Part shown: positions 41,662 through 56,590 of the stretch, in pieces
Numbering within the stretch: the stretch's first letter is position 1
Layout of the letters: every line of letters begins with the position of its first letter
Source: Cycas panzhihuaensis
Taxonomy: Eukaryota > Plantae > Cycadophyta
Assembly (NCBI GenBank): GCA_023213395.1
Contig: CM041465.1
Coordinates: 70,749,741 to 70,813,740 of the forward strand
Reading direction: 5' to 3'
DNA length: 64,000 bases
Made by a program: the position numbers and the translations under genes
Notes under the pieces: model-generated
The model's database searches: none
What the model was told of the DNA's origin: nothing
The model's input: the letters and a program-made list of their open reading frames with translations, nothing else

Positions 41662-44600
41662 TATTTAGAAACATGAAATCATACACAAATGTTCCCATCT
41701 TTAGAATCTTTAACCATACACAAGAAGCAAACAAGAGTACACATAGAAAACATATGCATAGTACACAGGATTTACGTGGGAAAACCCTTTCAAGAAAAAA
41801 CCCACCACCAAAAGATCCTTGTTGGATCACATTGATTATTTCGCAATGGCTTGATACAATGAATATATAAGGGCTCAAGGCATTTATATTCTTCCAAGAG
41901 GTGTCACCCTAATTAGGGTTGTGACCCTCTGAATAAGTCTCATCTTTTTGCTTAATCACCTTAGTTAAACCACATTAATATTAACATAGTGGCTTAACAA
42001 TTAATTGCCATGTTAACATTCCCCCTTAATGTAAATGTGGGGAGCCTACTAACTGCAATAACTATATTATCACGAAGGTTGGGACTATCTTGCAGCTTCT
42101 TTATCCTTGTTGATATATCCCCCCTTAAGGATAATATTAGTAAGTCCAAGTCCAGTATACATCTTCATGAATTGATCTTCGGTGAGAGGTTTGGGTAACA
42201 CATCCATAAGTTGAAATTCACTCAGACAGTAGTTGACCTGTAGCTTCCCTGATTTGATCTATTCATGAATGTAATGGTGATGAATCTTAATGTGCTTCGT
42301 ACATATCTAGATTCTTTGATAGGTAAATGGTACTTTGATTATCAACAAAGATAATTAGGTGTCCATTTGAAACTCTAAGAAATTCCAAGAGACCTTGTAA
42401 CCATATGACTTCCTTTGTACCTGCACTGAGTCCCTAATATTCTACTCTGTAGAAGATAGTGCCACTGTCTGTTGCTTCTTTGACCATCATAAAATAAATC
42501 TATTACCAACACGAAACAGATATCCAACAATGGACTTTCGATCATTGAAATCTCCTCTCCAATCAACATTTGTATAGCCATGCAATTGTATCTCTTCACC
42601 TCAATAGTGTTTAAGATCAAGATTGATTGTCCCTTTCAAATACTTTAGAATTCACTTCGTAGCAACCAAATGAGATTCTTGAGGATTCTTCATATAGTAG
42701 GAAACTAACCCGACATCATATGTGATATCACGCCTGGTATGAGTCAAATAGATCAAACTCCCTACCAACAGGAAATACTTTGTGCCATCTATAAAGGGCT
42801 TAGCCATATCCTTTTGCAACTTTGTACCTTTTACATATGGTGTTGCAATTGGTTTGCAATTCTACATTCCAAATTTCTCTAGCAAGTTCTTCACATACTG
42901 CAACTACAACAACACGATCTGGTCATCTCTCTACCTAACCTGAATACCTAAGAAGTAGTAAAGTCTCCTAAGGCCTGTCATGTCAAATAAAGCTCCCAAA
43001 TTAGATTTGAATTTAGAAATAACCTTGCCACAATTATTGCTAATGACTAAATCATCCACATACATAACACAAGTAACTATTAAAGTCCCTCTTCTCTTCA
43101 CATATAAATTTAGGTCAAGTTTTGAAATCTCAAAACCTTTAACTTTGAACTTAGCATCTATCTTTTCATACCAAGCATGAGGTGCTTATTTTAGGCCACA
43201 CATTGACTTCTTTAGACAACAAACAAGGTGCTCCTAGCCATCCTTAATAAATCCTAGAGGCTACGACATATATATCTCCTCCTTTAAATCTCCATTAAGG
43301 AATGCAGACTTTACATCCATGTAGTGTAACTCTCAATTTTAAGCAGCTACTAAGGAAATGAGTAATCAGACCATTATCATTCTAGAGACTAGTGTAAACA
43401 TCTCCTCATAGTTACTTCCTTCTTTTTTCTTGAATCCTTGAGTAACAAGTCTAGCCTAATACTTGTCCACCTTTCTATCAGAGCAAAACTTTATCTTGTA
43501 GACCCACTTGCATCCAACAAGGTTCTTCGTCAGAGGTAATAGAACTAAATCCCATGTATCATTATTTAGCAAAGAACTATACTCCTCCTCTATTGCAACT
43601 CTCTATCATGGATCTCCTTTTACTTCATCAAATGAATCAAGATCACTGGAGTCATTGGTGTCTACCAACAAATTTTGATTGGCATGCTAACTTCTTGTTA
43701 TTCAATAATCAGTTATAGTATGTATCACCACACTAAAATCTTCTAAAGTCTTCCTTGCCCATAAAGGTATTGAAGGACCTGTTGTTAGAGGTACTTTATC
43801 TTGTGGTGGCTCCTCACTATTACTCGTCCCACTTGATCCTTCTTCCTTAGGTGTTCCAGTGACTGGCTCCTTGTCCTCTTCACTTGATGAATTTAGGAAT
43901 GGAAGAAGGGGGGGTAAAAAGGCTTCTATGATGATCAGTCAACATGATACGTCAATGTCTCATTAAATTTTACATCCTAACTAACCACAATCTTCTCCCC
44001 CTATGGGTCCCATAGTCTATAGGCTTTATTCTTACCCCATCAATATGCACTTTAGACTCTTTAGATCCAACTTCTTATGAGTATCATCTGGGATGTGGGT
44101 GTATACAATATACCTAAACGTCCTTAAATGACTAATGACAAGCTTATAACTAGTCTATTTTTCTTCAAGGATCATGCTACAAACAGCTTGAGTAGGTACC
44201 CAGTTTAAAATATAAATAGTAGTCGCCATAGCTTTTGCCCAAAACTTCAATGGTAGGTTTTTAGCATGCACCATACACCTCGCCATCTCCATCATAGTAT
44301 GATTTTTTCTTTCAACAACTTTATTCTGTTGTGGACTATACAAGACTATAAATTTCTACTTTATACCATGATCACCGCAGAACTGATTGAACACATGGTT
44401 ACCGTATTCCTTGCTGTTATTACTTCTTAATGACTTTATTTTCTTATCAAATGTATTTCAACCATCGCTTTCCAATCATGAAAGCAATCAAACACGTCTG
44501 ACTTATTCTTGAGAAAGTAAACCCAAGCCTTCCTATATAATCATCTACAAATATAGGGATATAATGAGATCCTGATATTGAAGGGTTAAGAAGAGGACCC

Positions 44601-47600
44601 ATTATGTTTAAATGTATAAGCTCTAACTTCTCCTTAGCTCTCTAGGCATTATCCTGAGCAAAAGGGTAGTAGTGGTACTTGTCATACATACACCCTTCGC
44701 ACACATCATCTAAGTAGGTAACCTACGATAATCCTACCACCATCTTCAACCTCTTTAGCAGTGTAATACTCCTATAATTAAGGTACCCTACGTAATTATG
44801 CCACAACTTACTCACATTATCTACATTGGAAATAAAGGCATAGGAGTTCCTCTAAGATTGAAACTTCTCGAACATCTAGAAGTTGTCTTGACTTTCCCAG
44901 TAGCTATGACAACAAAGTTCTATTTTGGATCTTTAATTAGTCATTTGTCATCATAGAGTTCCACCTTCATACCTTATTTATAGATCTCTTAGGATGAAAG
45001 AAGGTTCAACTGCATCTTCGATACATAATATACCCTAGTAAATTTACCTCCTACAATGGAAACTTCGTCAATACATTCTATCAGCAAATTGTGAATATCT
45101 CTAAGGAAAATCTCAATACCACTCTAATTTAAAGACATCATATCAAAGTTCCATCTTTGGTAAGAAATGTGCTTCTTCATTCTAGAGTTAAGCACCTAAT
45201 AATCTATTCGATCTGACTCAGTTGATAAGGATTTTGCTCAGATGCAATGAGTAGCAACATTCTTCCCTTTATCATCCTGGTTGACTTTGAACTTATCACG
45301 ATGCTTAAACCAATAGTTCTTCTCACAATGACTATCCTTCTCGTAGTAATTGCATTTCTTGTTGAACTTCTATTTGTCTTAAGAACTTTCTCCTAATCTC
45401 TATATGATCTTCTCCTCCTTAGTGACCTCCTTCGTCTAAGTTTTTATGGTTAGGGCCTGACTTGAACCAAAACCTCTAAGTATACCATGATGTTTGAGCT
45501 TAGCATCCTCTTTTAGAATCAGGTTTTTAAGCCCATCAAATATCTCTACTTCCATCACTTTATCTCTACCATAAATAGTCTAGAATGTAGGAAAGGTAGT
45601 CAGTAGTGTCGACATGATTATTGCGAATAGTAAGACATCATCAATTGAGTTCAACTTTAGTTCCCCTAGCTTATTCTTCAAGTCTGTAATCTTGTTAAGG
45701 TAGGAGTTGATGTTATTCTTATCCTCCATATGCAAGTTGAATAACTACAGCATTAGTACAAGACACATATTCGTCTACCTCTTTTTAAATGTATCACACA
45801 ATTTTATCCATATCTCATCTGGTTCATCTAGATTATGAACCAATGCTCTCTGGTCCAGTGCTAATGACAGTTTCAGTAGTCCCATGGCCATAAATTTCTT
45901 CTCTTTGAGATGAATTCGCTTCTTATGGTCTAATGGAATTACATCCACTTTCACTTTAGTAATTCCCCAGAGTTGATTCATCTCTAAATAAACTCCATAT
46001 TAGCATTCCACTCACTAAAATTGTTGCCATTAAAGATAACTTTGGGCATAATATGCTCTATCTCGAGAAACAAGCTTCAATATAATTTAATCGATACCAA
46101 AAATAAATATCTACAGCATAAAGTGCACCCATGTATCTTCCTTTGACTCACGAGCACGCTTCCAAGTGCATCCAACACTGACTATACCCACGTTAAGTGA
46201 GCCATCGACTATTTTTCCCTCATCAACTATCAATAAATAGCTTTAGATAGCCATGTAAATATCACAACTGACATAAATAAAGGCTTAAAAAAAGATTTTG
46301 TAGATCAAAGGATGACTCCACAAGCAAAGATGCACGGTCTCCAAGTAAAAAAAAACCATGATAATCCTCTTGATCCATGCTAAAAATAGCTCATGAGGAT
46401 TTCATATGATGTCAAGATACTTCATAATATAAAAATGTATTATGTATTAAAGGTCTAAGGGTCTCTTTTATAAAATTCAATTGAGAAGAATATACCAAAA
46501 GGTATATTCGTTAAGTTGTGACCTTTCAATATACATATGCCCTTTTAACTTAAACCACGTGCCAAAAATAAAAGACACAATATTTAGAATATTTACTAAA
46601 TATCAAGCCTTAGTAAATATCACCAAAAGAGATCTCACAAAAGTCACAAAGCACATGATAAGGGGTGTAGCTACCGTAACTTCTCTGTATAGCTTGTGAG
46701 CTTCACGCAGACTAGCCACCAAAGGAATGGGTCTACATAGACCTATATGACTGGTAAACAACCTACACTCACTCCAACAGTCCCTCAAAAATTCCCAACC
46801 ACCTTATTATCAGTGCTTAGCCATGAGACAGGATGCCTAGCTAACATAAAACATGGCTAGCTAGTATAGAAACGCGCCTGTAAAAACACACTCAACTAAT
46901 GTCTAACACACAAATATGGCTATGTTCATGTATATAGCACCCAGCCAACTTGTAATCCACCTAGGCACATAGATAACAACAACAAATAGTGATAAGTATC
47001 CCAGATGTAGGATTATTTCATATAGTAAATAAGGTTCAAACTTATGCAAAGATAATATAACTCAATGAACTTTAGCTGTTATTGCTATGTATTTAGGCCA
47101 GCACTCAGATAAGGATAGAAAACATCGAAACTTGGTTCTAATCACATCCACTAGTGCAAAGAAGAAGCTTCGATAATAATACAGGTTTATTTCATTAAAA
47201 TTTTAGAGGGTTTTGTTGAGAAATAAACTAACTTACATGTATACAGGGATGGGTGTCCTTATGGTCACTGAATCACCATTGGTGCATGCTTTGCTAGCTT
47301 GAATGATTGCTATAGTTCTTCAATCAACTTCAGATGACCCCCAATGAGCCAACTCCAACTACAAACTTGGACTTCACACCTAAATCTTAACTCTAATAAA
47401 TCCTTATGCTCTGTTAAATAGCGATCTTCACTGCTTCAACCACCACTGATACACAGTACCTGCTTCTGCATGTTGTTGGGGTTGATAGACCCTCAAGACT
47501 TGTCTTGGGTTAGATAACATTACTTGGCAATTAACAATCCCACTATCCTAATTAATGTCAAGCTTCAACTATGTAGGACCCTATGACTTTGATACCATAT

Positions 47601-47954
47601 TCAAGAACATGAAATTATCCACAAATGTTCCCATCTGCAGAATCTTTAACCATACACAACAAGCAAACAAGAGTACACATAGAAAATATATACACAATAT
47701 ATAGGATTTACATGGAAAAATCCTTTTCAGAAAAAACCCACTACAAAAAGATCCTTGATAGATCATATTGATTATTTCATAATGGCTTGATACAATGAAT
47801 ATACAAAGGCTTAAGGTATTTATATTCTTTTAAGAGTTGTCACCCTAATTAGGGTTGTGACCCTTTGAATAACTCGTACCTTTTCACTTAATCACCTTAG
47901 TTAAACCACATTAACATTAACATAGTGGCTTAACAATTAACTGCCATGTTAATA
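41662..47954 (-). mobile_element. Copia element H, decayed full-length
   Basis: LTRs 41662-42018 and 47598-47954. Perfect TSD GATGG. PBS TGGTATCAAAG at 47587-47597. PPT 42019-42030. Integrase PQQNKVVERKNHTMMEMARCM. gag from ~46060. Confidence 0.93.
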
Positions 47955-50209
47955 GATGGGATGCACCAGAATCAAGAATCCATAAGGGTGGTTGAGAAGT
48001 TGGAGTAAAAAAAACTGATGTGGAAGCAGTTAGAGAATGGTTAAGATTGTGGGATCATCATTGGATCCCCTTAGAAGCTTTCTAGGCTTTAGAAGCAATT
48101 ATATTCCTACAGATATCAATGGTGTGCCCATTTTTATAATAGTAAGCACAATTAATGTTTTGATTAGAATTAGGATTGGCAATATTCCTTTTTAAGAATG
48201 AATGTCTAGATGTATTCTAAGATTTAGGTGATCTAGAATATTTAGTGTTATGATGAGGATTGTTTAGAGTAGATGAACCTCTATGAGGTTTTTAGGATTC
48301 AATATGATTATGTTGATTATTTTAATAGTTATTTTTATGTTTAGGTTTATTAATTAGTTTTGACTTGGGAAAAAGAGCCTATGAAGCATCTTTAAGTTTT
48401 TTAGTCTGAATCAATATTGTTTGATGTTCAACTAGATGATTCGTTAATTGATTGAAGGAAATTAGTAGATGTCCTGCTTGTTGTCTAATATTTTTGAAAA
48501 GGTTGAATTGTTTTGGAAGTTTATTGATTGTAAGATGGACAAGTGTATCGTTTTCTTTTGCATGTGTTATAGTGACAATTTTATCATCTACTTTTGTGGA
48601 AGACTTTATGCAATTACCTAAGTCTTTGTTGATAAGTTAAAGTTTTGATAAAAAGTCTTTAACTTTATAGAAGTCTTCATAGTTTAAATCATACATTTGT
48701 TATTCTAGAATGACTAGCTTCTAATTATCAACCTTATCATACTTTTCCTTAAGTGAGTTTTAGACTATGGCTAAATTATCTGTATTTGAGAAGTACCGAC
48801 TAATGTCTGGGAAGAGAGAGGTTAGAGTGGTGCCTAGGGCTCTATCACAATTCATCAGGTATACCATATAGGCATTTAATGTTTTATTTGTTGGTTTAAT
48901 AAAATCTCCTATTACATATCACCATAGCTTTTATTGTTTTAGGTGGTGAGATATACGTGTTTTCCAGTCGACACAATTAGAGCCAATTAGTATTAGAATC
49001 GATGTACAGGAGGTAGTCCCTCGCATAAGTGCCATTTTTGGGACAAACCAACGAAAAGAACCTCTTTTAGGAATGAAAAAATGGAAGAATTTTAAATTAA
49101 ATTATTATTGGAAATGAAGGTGTATTTAGAAAATAAATGTTTTACTGAAGTTAAATTGTCAACATTGCCACTGAACATAAATTCACATTAAACAGTTATT
49201 AACATTGCCACTTAGTCATAAAAGATTCACCATTAACACATTAGTTTACCACTAAAAAATCAAAGGCAGTTCATTCAAATATTTAACATTAATTAGAAAT
49301 GAAGTAAAATAAGCTTATTAATATTAATATTTATATTTAATAATTAAAAAATATTAAATTTTTAATGAATTTTAAGCAATCATGTCAGCATTGCATATAT
49401 TAAAGTTTAAATTGAAACATATGATGGACATAAAGTTATTTCATTTTAGTCTTTAATCAATTACATAATATTTTTTGAAAATCATGCAAAAAATTAATAA
49501 ATTCCATTGAATTAAAATTAGATAATGAATATTTGCTAGCTTAAGATACTAGAATTAATAAATCATAAGAAAAGTTTCTTAAAAATATTACGTACCTTAG
49601 CTTACCTGGTTGTGAATGGAGGCATATCCTTAGGCAAGGTTCTGTAGGTTAAGATGGAATCTAAATGGCTTGAGTATCTAGTCAATGCATATGTATCTGA
49701 ACTACGAATTAGACGTTTCTTTCAAAGTTGAATTTGGACTTTGTATGATGAATTTATAAATGAAGGAGCACAAGCACCCCCTTAAGGGAAAATAATAAAA
49801 ATAATAATTAAAAGGTAAAGCCCCTTTTTAAAAAATAATGAGGTCGCATGATGGTGTAAAGAAACCAAGGGCCTAATGGAGGGGGACTTTATGGATCTAA
49901 AAATTAAATTAAATTAAATTAAACTTTATAAAAAATAAAAAATAAATTAAAAGGTTGAAATAGGGGGGGTGTGGACTCGAAACGTTTATTAATTATTATG
50001 TAATGTTTTTACGTTTGTAAAAATATTACATAAAAAATGATTTATCTTCATGTCCAACGCCTTATTATGAATATCGTTAGGGTTTCATCTTTGGTTTTTG
50101 TTGGTTCTTTGCTTGTGTTTGCAGGTTGCAAATATCTTGACTCCCTTCATGAATGTTGGTTCTATGAGTGTCTCTACTTTGTACTTTCCCTTCTCAAATC
50201 CTCGGTAAC

Positions 50210-50375
50210 ATCTCTTCTCCATGCTTTGGTTTGGCAGGTGTCTCTCCTTCATGCCTTGGTTTGGTAGTTGTCTCTCCTCTATGCTTTGGTAGGCGTCTCT
50301 CCTTTGTGATTTGGTTTGGTAGGCATCGCTCCTCTGTGTTTTAGTAGGCATATATCCTTCATTCTTTGGTAGGTT
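50210..50375 (+). repeat. Minisatellite, ~6 degenerate units of 25-30 bp
   Basis: Unit approximately TCTCCTCTATGCTTTGGTTTGGTAGGCG. Confidence 0.75.
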
Positions 50376-51026
50376 CAAAGGCAATGTCATTAATGATCTC
50401 TGTTGATCAGTGCTTAATCTTTGGTGGATGGAAGGTCACATTAATTTTCCTTACTAGGGTTTCTTCTCCCTATATGGATTCAACATCTTTTAGCACCACC
50501 ATAACGAGCAAGTGAAAAAGGTGTCTTTGTAACCTTGTCCATCTTCAGGTTATCTTCTTGAGTTGCTATGTATAATTTTTAGTTTTTATTTTCAGATGAA
50601 TTTATGGCTGGGTTGCATACAGATGCCATCACACAAGGGTTTTCTTTTCCTTCATGTTTGCAATTACTGCAGGCTTCTCAATGTATTTTAGAAATAGTGT
50701 AGAAACACTTTACATGGATATTCTCCAAGCTACGACATGTGGCTCTAAGTAATTACAGAGACTGTATGGAGGGGCTTTCTCTTACTTGGGTTTCATTTCA
50801 GTAGTCTTCTCCTTTTTTTTGAAAAATTAACAAAAGATGAGTTCCCAGCTTTGAGAGAGAGCATTTTAGATTCTAGTTTATATACTTTTTTTTTTGTAAT
50901 AGCTTCACAGATGGGCTGTCTAAATGTGTAACAGTATGTAATTTCAGTAGGCTAGACCTACAAAATAGTTGTTAGCAAAGAGACAAAAAAGGACACCTCT
51001 TGGTGTTAGTTTTTTTATATAAAAAG

Positions 51027-51028
<2 letters not shown>

Positions 51029-51078
<50 letters not shown>
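51029..51078. repeat. (TA)n microsatellite
   Basis: Seen directly in the sequence. Confidence 0.95.
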
Positions 51079-51081
<3 letters not shown>

Positions 51082-51682
51082 ATACAAGTTTTTATTCCTA
51101 TTAATTTTTGCATATTTATGTATGTATTTTGATTTAAAATTTATTACAAAACCCTGCTTAGATACTATGTTGGAAAGAGGAATTATTTTCTATTTGTAGT
51201 GTTTTCATTTTGTAACAGGAAAATTATAACAAATAAATAATAGTTTGCATTTTATCTAAAAAGGTACAAATAAACCATGTACATGACATAGAGATTGGAT
51301 AGGTGGAAAAAACTCCTAATGGGGATAAAAAAACCACTAAAAAATAGATATATTTATTAATAAATAAGTAAGAAAACGTTACAAAGTTTAGGAGGATCTC
51401 ATCCTCTCTCTCTAATGTAGACAGGTGTTCTATCCTTATGTAATCCCAACCAACATCATTACAAACTAACAAATCTGACCATTCTGACTACCTCAGGACC
51501 ATTCAAAGTAGTATTTCATCCATTATGACCATTAGGACCATCTTCTTAGAATCTAAGAAGAGATAAATAGATGGAGACGTTCGTTGAAAAGATAACTGCC
51601 TTTTGTCAATGAATCTTACAATAATAAGATTATTTAATAAAGTAACATAAAAGGTAACATTAGATATAATAATATTTTAATA

Positions 51683-53890
51683 GTTACCTATCATTATCAA
51701 CTAGTTCTTTGCCCCATACTAACAAAATTTCCCCAACCAACTTTTCCACATACTATTTTGTTGCCTCTTTTCTAACATCTCTAAGATGGGTCATTACTTC
51801 GCCTAATTCTTAAAATTGACTTTGCATCGCCTTAAATTCCTCTTATAAAACCTATGTAACTTCCATTAACCTATTCTTATCCTTGGCGGGATTTGGACAA
51901 TCATATACAATTTGTGGGCTCTACGTTCGGTGGTCACTTTGAGTCATCAACATCATGGTTCCACTATCATATAAGAAATCTTTTTACAACAATTATATGG
52001 TTGTTAATTTTTTTAGTGGATAGAACTCAATGCCATGGTCTCTTGATCTATAATCTTCACAAAGATTATCTCCACTTTTTTGTAGAACTAGGTATCATTA
52101 TAGTTGATGCCTTCATTTATTACATATAAAACACCTGGGTGGTATTTGTGGCATGGAAGATCTCTCCTTGAATAAGGGTCTTCTTGACAATTGGTGATCA
52201 CAACTTTCAAAAAATAATCTTTGTCCTCTAGTAAAACTCCTTTGTAGTGGTGCACGAGTATACTTTGGGTGGAAGGGGCAATTCACATTGGCATGCCCAA
52301 CATGTCTATCACAAATCTCACAAAAATATCTATTTAAAGGATGTGGTAAATCCAATGTATATTTTTACATTCATTCATAAAATATCCTTGCATCCTACAT
52401 TCTAAGTACCACACATTCAGTCTCTTTAATGCTGAGCTCTGTAACTCTACAATAAGTGTTGCCAATTCTTACTTCAAGTACTTCCTCAGACACTTATAGA
52501 TATTCTTAGGTTGTGACTCAATGTCACTACCCCATTTACTTCTTTATCTCTTTTGTCTTGAGTTACTCTCCCTCAATATCTTTCATATAATTACAAGGCT
52601 CTTTTAAGGCTTAGGCACATGTTTTAGATGCCATTACTTCTAATTTTTCCTAATACCTCGTTAGTATCCCTTCCATGAGCCAATGCTGAATCTAATTGTC
52701 TTGTAGTTTAGAATTCAGCTTGGATACTAACAATTATAATATTCTATTAAACTCTTTGATTGACTCAAAGTACTCAAATTGTACACCACCAAGGCATCAT
52801 TCTGGCCATATTTAATTTTTTCTTAAATGTCACCTTAACCTTTGAATTGTTTCTCCAACACTCTAATTAGAGCCATTATTGATCCCCATAATGTCACTAT
52901 AAAACAATTGACAAACTCATCTTGGATAACAATTTTATGAATCCTCTAATTTCATGTGCATATGAACAAAAGTACTTCTAGGTCCCCACTCCCATCAAAG
53001 CTCAGTAGGTAGAGAGACAACTCCCCCTTACTTGAAGACATTAAAGATGATATCGATGATCTCCTAATGACACTAATGGTGATGGGGCGTTGGTTGGTGA
53101 TAATTCTCTTGTTAACAAGCCTATCATCAAAAATTTCATAAGAGATATCAATGATAATGTTATACCTTACAAAGAATCCCATGGGGAAATCTCTAGTGAG
53201 GATTGTTGAAATAATACTAGTTTTATCTACACTGAACACACACTCTCTAATGTGAGTACTGACTTCTCCATCATACTCGCTATTGGTTATTCTAATATCA
53301 GTGGTTTGCCATATTGAGGTGTACCTTTCTTATTTTGTGCACATTTCATAACTTCCACACCCTTCTCTACTCAGGTTATATATGTCTCCACTTCATCACC
53401 TACATGTCGCTCATTGCTTATTACTTATCCCTTCTCCCTATTTTTGTTACATTTTTAATTTCGTCTTAACGTTGATGTCATTGCTCTTAGGTTGTTACTA
53501 TTACTTTTATATTCTTTGGTGGTGTTTATAGATTATTTGCCTGTGCTCCATGTGTCCATTATACTCCAACTTGAAAACCTTGATTTATGTTTGGAAATAG
53601 AACTAATGTTAGGTCATCTAGGAAATAACCATAAGCCATGGTTCAACACACAATATAACATACCCTATGCACACAATAGAGTAATAACATGGTCCTTCCA
53701 TTACTATCATGACATGGTTACATGCCTCAGAGTTTCATTAACCACCAAAAAGAGACATACCATCCAAGGAATTAACATGCATACAACTATGTCATCTAAG
53801 TAGTTAGATAACCAACTAGTTAACTAACTTCTAATTCTACAATGGGTATATAGGATCTATAATTCACATACAATTACTAGGCAAGATTTG
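51683..53890 (-). mobile_element. Decayed gypsy element L: gag region and probable LTR, continuing at 37730-38027
   Basis: Gag motif LLSFDGSGDLEVLLFIC. Zinc knuckles CEICDRHVGHANVNC and CFIC. Interrupted by I at the GTTAC TSD. Confidence 0.65.
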
Positions 53891-54000
53891 TGATGTCCAT
53901 TAATTCTAAAATTCTAAAATTACAAAATATTTTTTACTAAATAATTATTATTATAATGAATAATTATTTATTATTATTATTTTTAAATAAATTATTATTC

Positions 54001-56590
54001 TTTTTTTTAAGGTAAAATAAAGAGCTACTTTATATTAAATTAAGAAAAAAATTACATAGTTATCAATAGGCCAACATCTAGTCCTTTAAATTGAAAACAT
54101 TAAAAATAGTAATAAGAGGAATTGAGAGGGAGGAAAAGTAAGGAGAGTATTGAAGCCATAATTGAATCTCCTTCCAAATATGGAGCAAAGCATACTTGAA
54201 GGTTGGAATAATGACTTTAAAATGTGCCATATTTTGAATACTCCAAATCTCATAAAGAACAGTTTTAAAGATAATGAACCAAAGATCCACTAGATGGCAT
54301 CTATTATCAAACTATATGTACAGAAAAGACCAAGTATAGTTAACAATAAATTAAGCAAGTTGAACATGACCAATTATAGGCAGTAAAACCCAAATCAAGG
54401 TTAAAATTTTTCATAAGCTTGGCCTATAATGTTTTGCAAACTAGGCACTGGTAAACCCTATGAATATACCACGATTCTTAAGTATCCTCATGAATGAACA
54501 CCTTGTGATGCATATGAGTAGCATTATGTTTAGATTAAGTTTTATTCCATCAAATTCAATCCAAATTTGTGTCAATTTGAACATGCCTTATTTTATGCCA
54601 ATGCAAATAGTAAAACACTTTGCCTAAGATAAAAAGCAAAGACCTTTCTCTCATTCCAACTTCATAATGCCAACCAGAGGCTCTACCAATTGTAACTTGA
54701 AGGACAATTGATCAATAACCTAAAGAAGATTAAGATCCACCATCTCATCATCATTCATTATCAAAGGATGAATATCATGCCGTTTTTTATTTTGAAAATC
54801 ATAAAAATGGGATACCTGAGTGAGATTATGATTAGAACAATACTCAAAGAGAGGCTCGAAGGCATTGCATTAAGCAAAGGATTATATGCAAAGAGGAAGT
54901 TATTTATCAGTCCAAAAGTTAACATTGATACTATCAATTCCAAAAGACATAAGAGCATTGAATTACATATAATCCTAGGCCTTAAAAATAAGGTTCCATA
55001 TATTTGAGCCTTTTAAAATAGGACGAGAGTAAACAAGTTGCACTTTATATTTAATGAGTTGCATTGTTTCTTACAAATAATGCAGGCTTACTTATCCTCT
55101 TCACGTGTCCAAAAGTCTTAAAAGCATTTAGCACCATGAACCTCTTCCATAAGGAAATAATTCCTAATGATGAGGCCACCCCAAGCTTTATGTCTAATAA
55201 ATGTGCTTCATCTCACTGATTGATAAAACCATGACTCTTTTGACCATGGTTTCTAAAGAAAATGAGAGAACATCCCTTGCACAGAAGTCAAGATTACTTT
55301 TGGGGCCTTTAAAAGAGACATAAAATAATTCAACATTCAAGAGAGTGTAGACTAAATGAGACTCTATTACCTTGCCAACTTTAGTTATCAGATAGGTCAA
55401 GCCTCACGTTTGGATTTCATCTTAAGGATATAAGGATACCAATCAAATATCTTAAATTGTTGAAGCCCAATAAGCACACCTATGTATTTAACAACAATAG
55501 AGTCTATAACAATAGAGATATAGAGTAGAACACTTTGTAGCCAATTGAGGAGAGAACAAAACCCTTCCACTACTAAGCTAGAAAGACAAGGAGAAAGAGG
55601 ACATCCTTGTTAAATTCCATGACTAATTGATAAAGAGCAAGTAATAGAACTGTTAATTTTAATAGTCATAGTGACAATGGAGAGTAAACTCTTGAACCGA
55701 AGTAGATGATCTCATTCAACACCTTTGATTCAAAGCATAGCCAATAAATAGTCCCATTCTAGTATATCATATGCTTTATTCATGTCAAGTTTAAGAATTA
55801 AAGCTACCTACTTGTGAGTCCTTATGGAATGGAAAGCCTTAGCCACTATGGTGATACCATCAATAATTTGATATCCATGGACAAAAACAATTTGATTTTT
55901 ATTAACCATAAGGGATAAAACCACTTTGAGACATTCTACAAGTATCTTTGCAATAATTTTGTATGAGGTATTACAAAGACTAATAGGCTGCCACTAATTT
56001 AAAGTTACAAGGTGATGAGTCTTGGGCAATAACGTAACTAAGGTAGTATTAATTGTAGGATATAGTTAACCAATATGATGGGTCTTTTAAACAATGACTA
56101 TAAGGAGCTGAGAAACTTTTAAACCATTAATGGAAAGTAATAATTCAACCGAGATGCCATCAGGGCTAGGAGATTTTCCAAAAGGAAGCTTCTTCATTAT
56201 TTTCACAACATTAGTAGAAGTGACAGGCTAATTTAGGGAAGCATTCAGAGCTTAAAAGGAATTAGCATCAAAAGGAGAGACATTAGAAAAAAATATTTTG
56301 GTCATAGAAGAAAGAGACTTGGAAGATCCTTGGGTGGTCCAAACTTGAGCCAATTATTTTTCAACTATAGACAATTTAAAAAATGTGACTGATATCTAAC
56401 TTTTGAGAAGTGATTAAAAAAAAAAAGTATTTCAATCAATATTCAACTTTTAGTTAATGTTAGCCCAAATCTTATATTTATCTTTCTCAATTTGTTGAAG
56501 ATAAAGGAATTCATCATTGAGAGCATTAAGTTTGATGCATAACTCCTACAAGCAATGACTATTGTTAAATATCTATTAAATTACCTGGAT
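54001..56590 (-). mobile_element. 5'-truncated LINE (L1-like) ORF2, decayed
   Basis: WQPISLCNTSYKIIAKIL..LILKLDMNKAYDILEW and GI*QGCPLSP RT motifs at 55590-56000. zf-RVT relic at ~54450. A-tail appears as a T-run at 54001-54008. Confidence 0.9.

Larger units (their letters stand above)
38028..51682 (-). mobile_element. Copia element I, decayed full-length, containing H
   Basis: LTRs 38028-38543 and 51168-51682. Perfect TSD GTTAC. PPT at 38544. Eroded PBS 51156-51167. gag ATG at 49035. RT IHQMDAKSTFLNG/SLYGLKQASRAW (ORF 39613-39894). RNase H ORF 38655-38855. Confidence 0.93.

Noticed and set aside
50210-50375. CRISPR-like repeat array
   Set aside because: Degenerate head-to-tail units without unique spacers, in a eukaryotic context with no cas genes.
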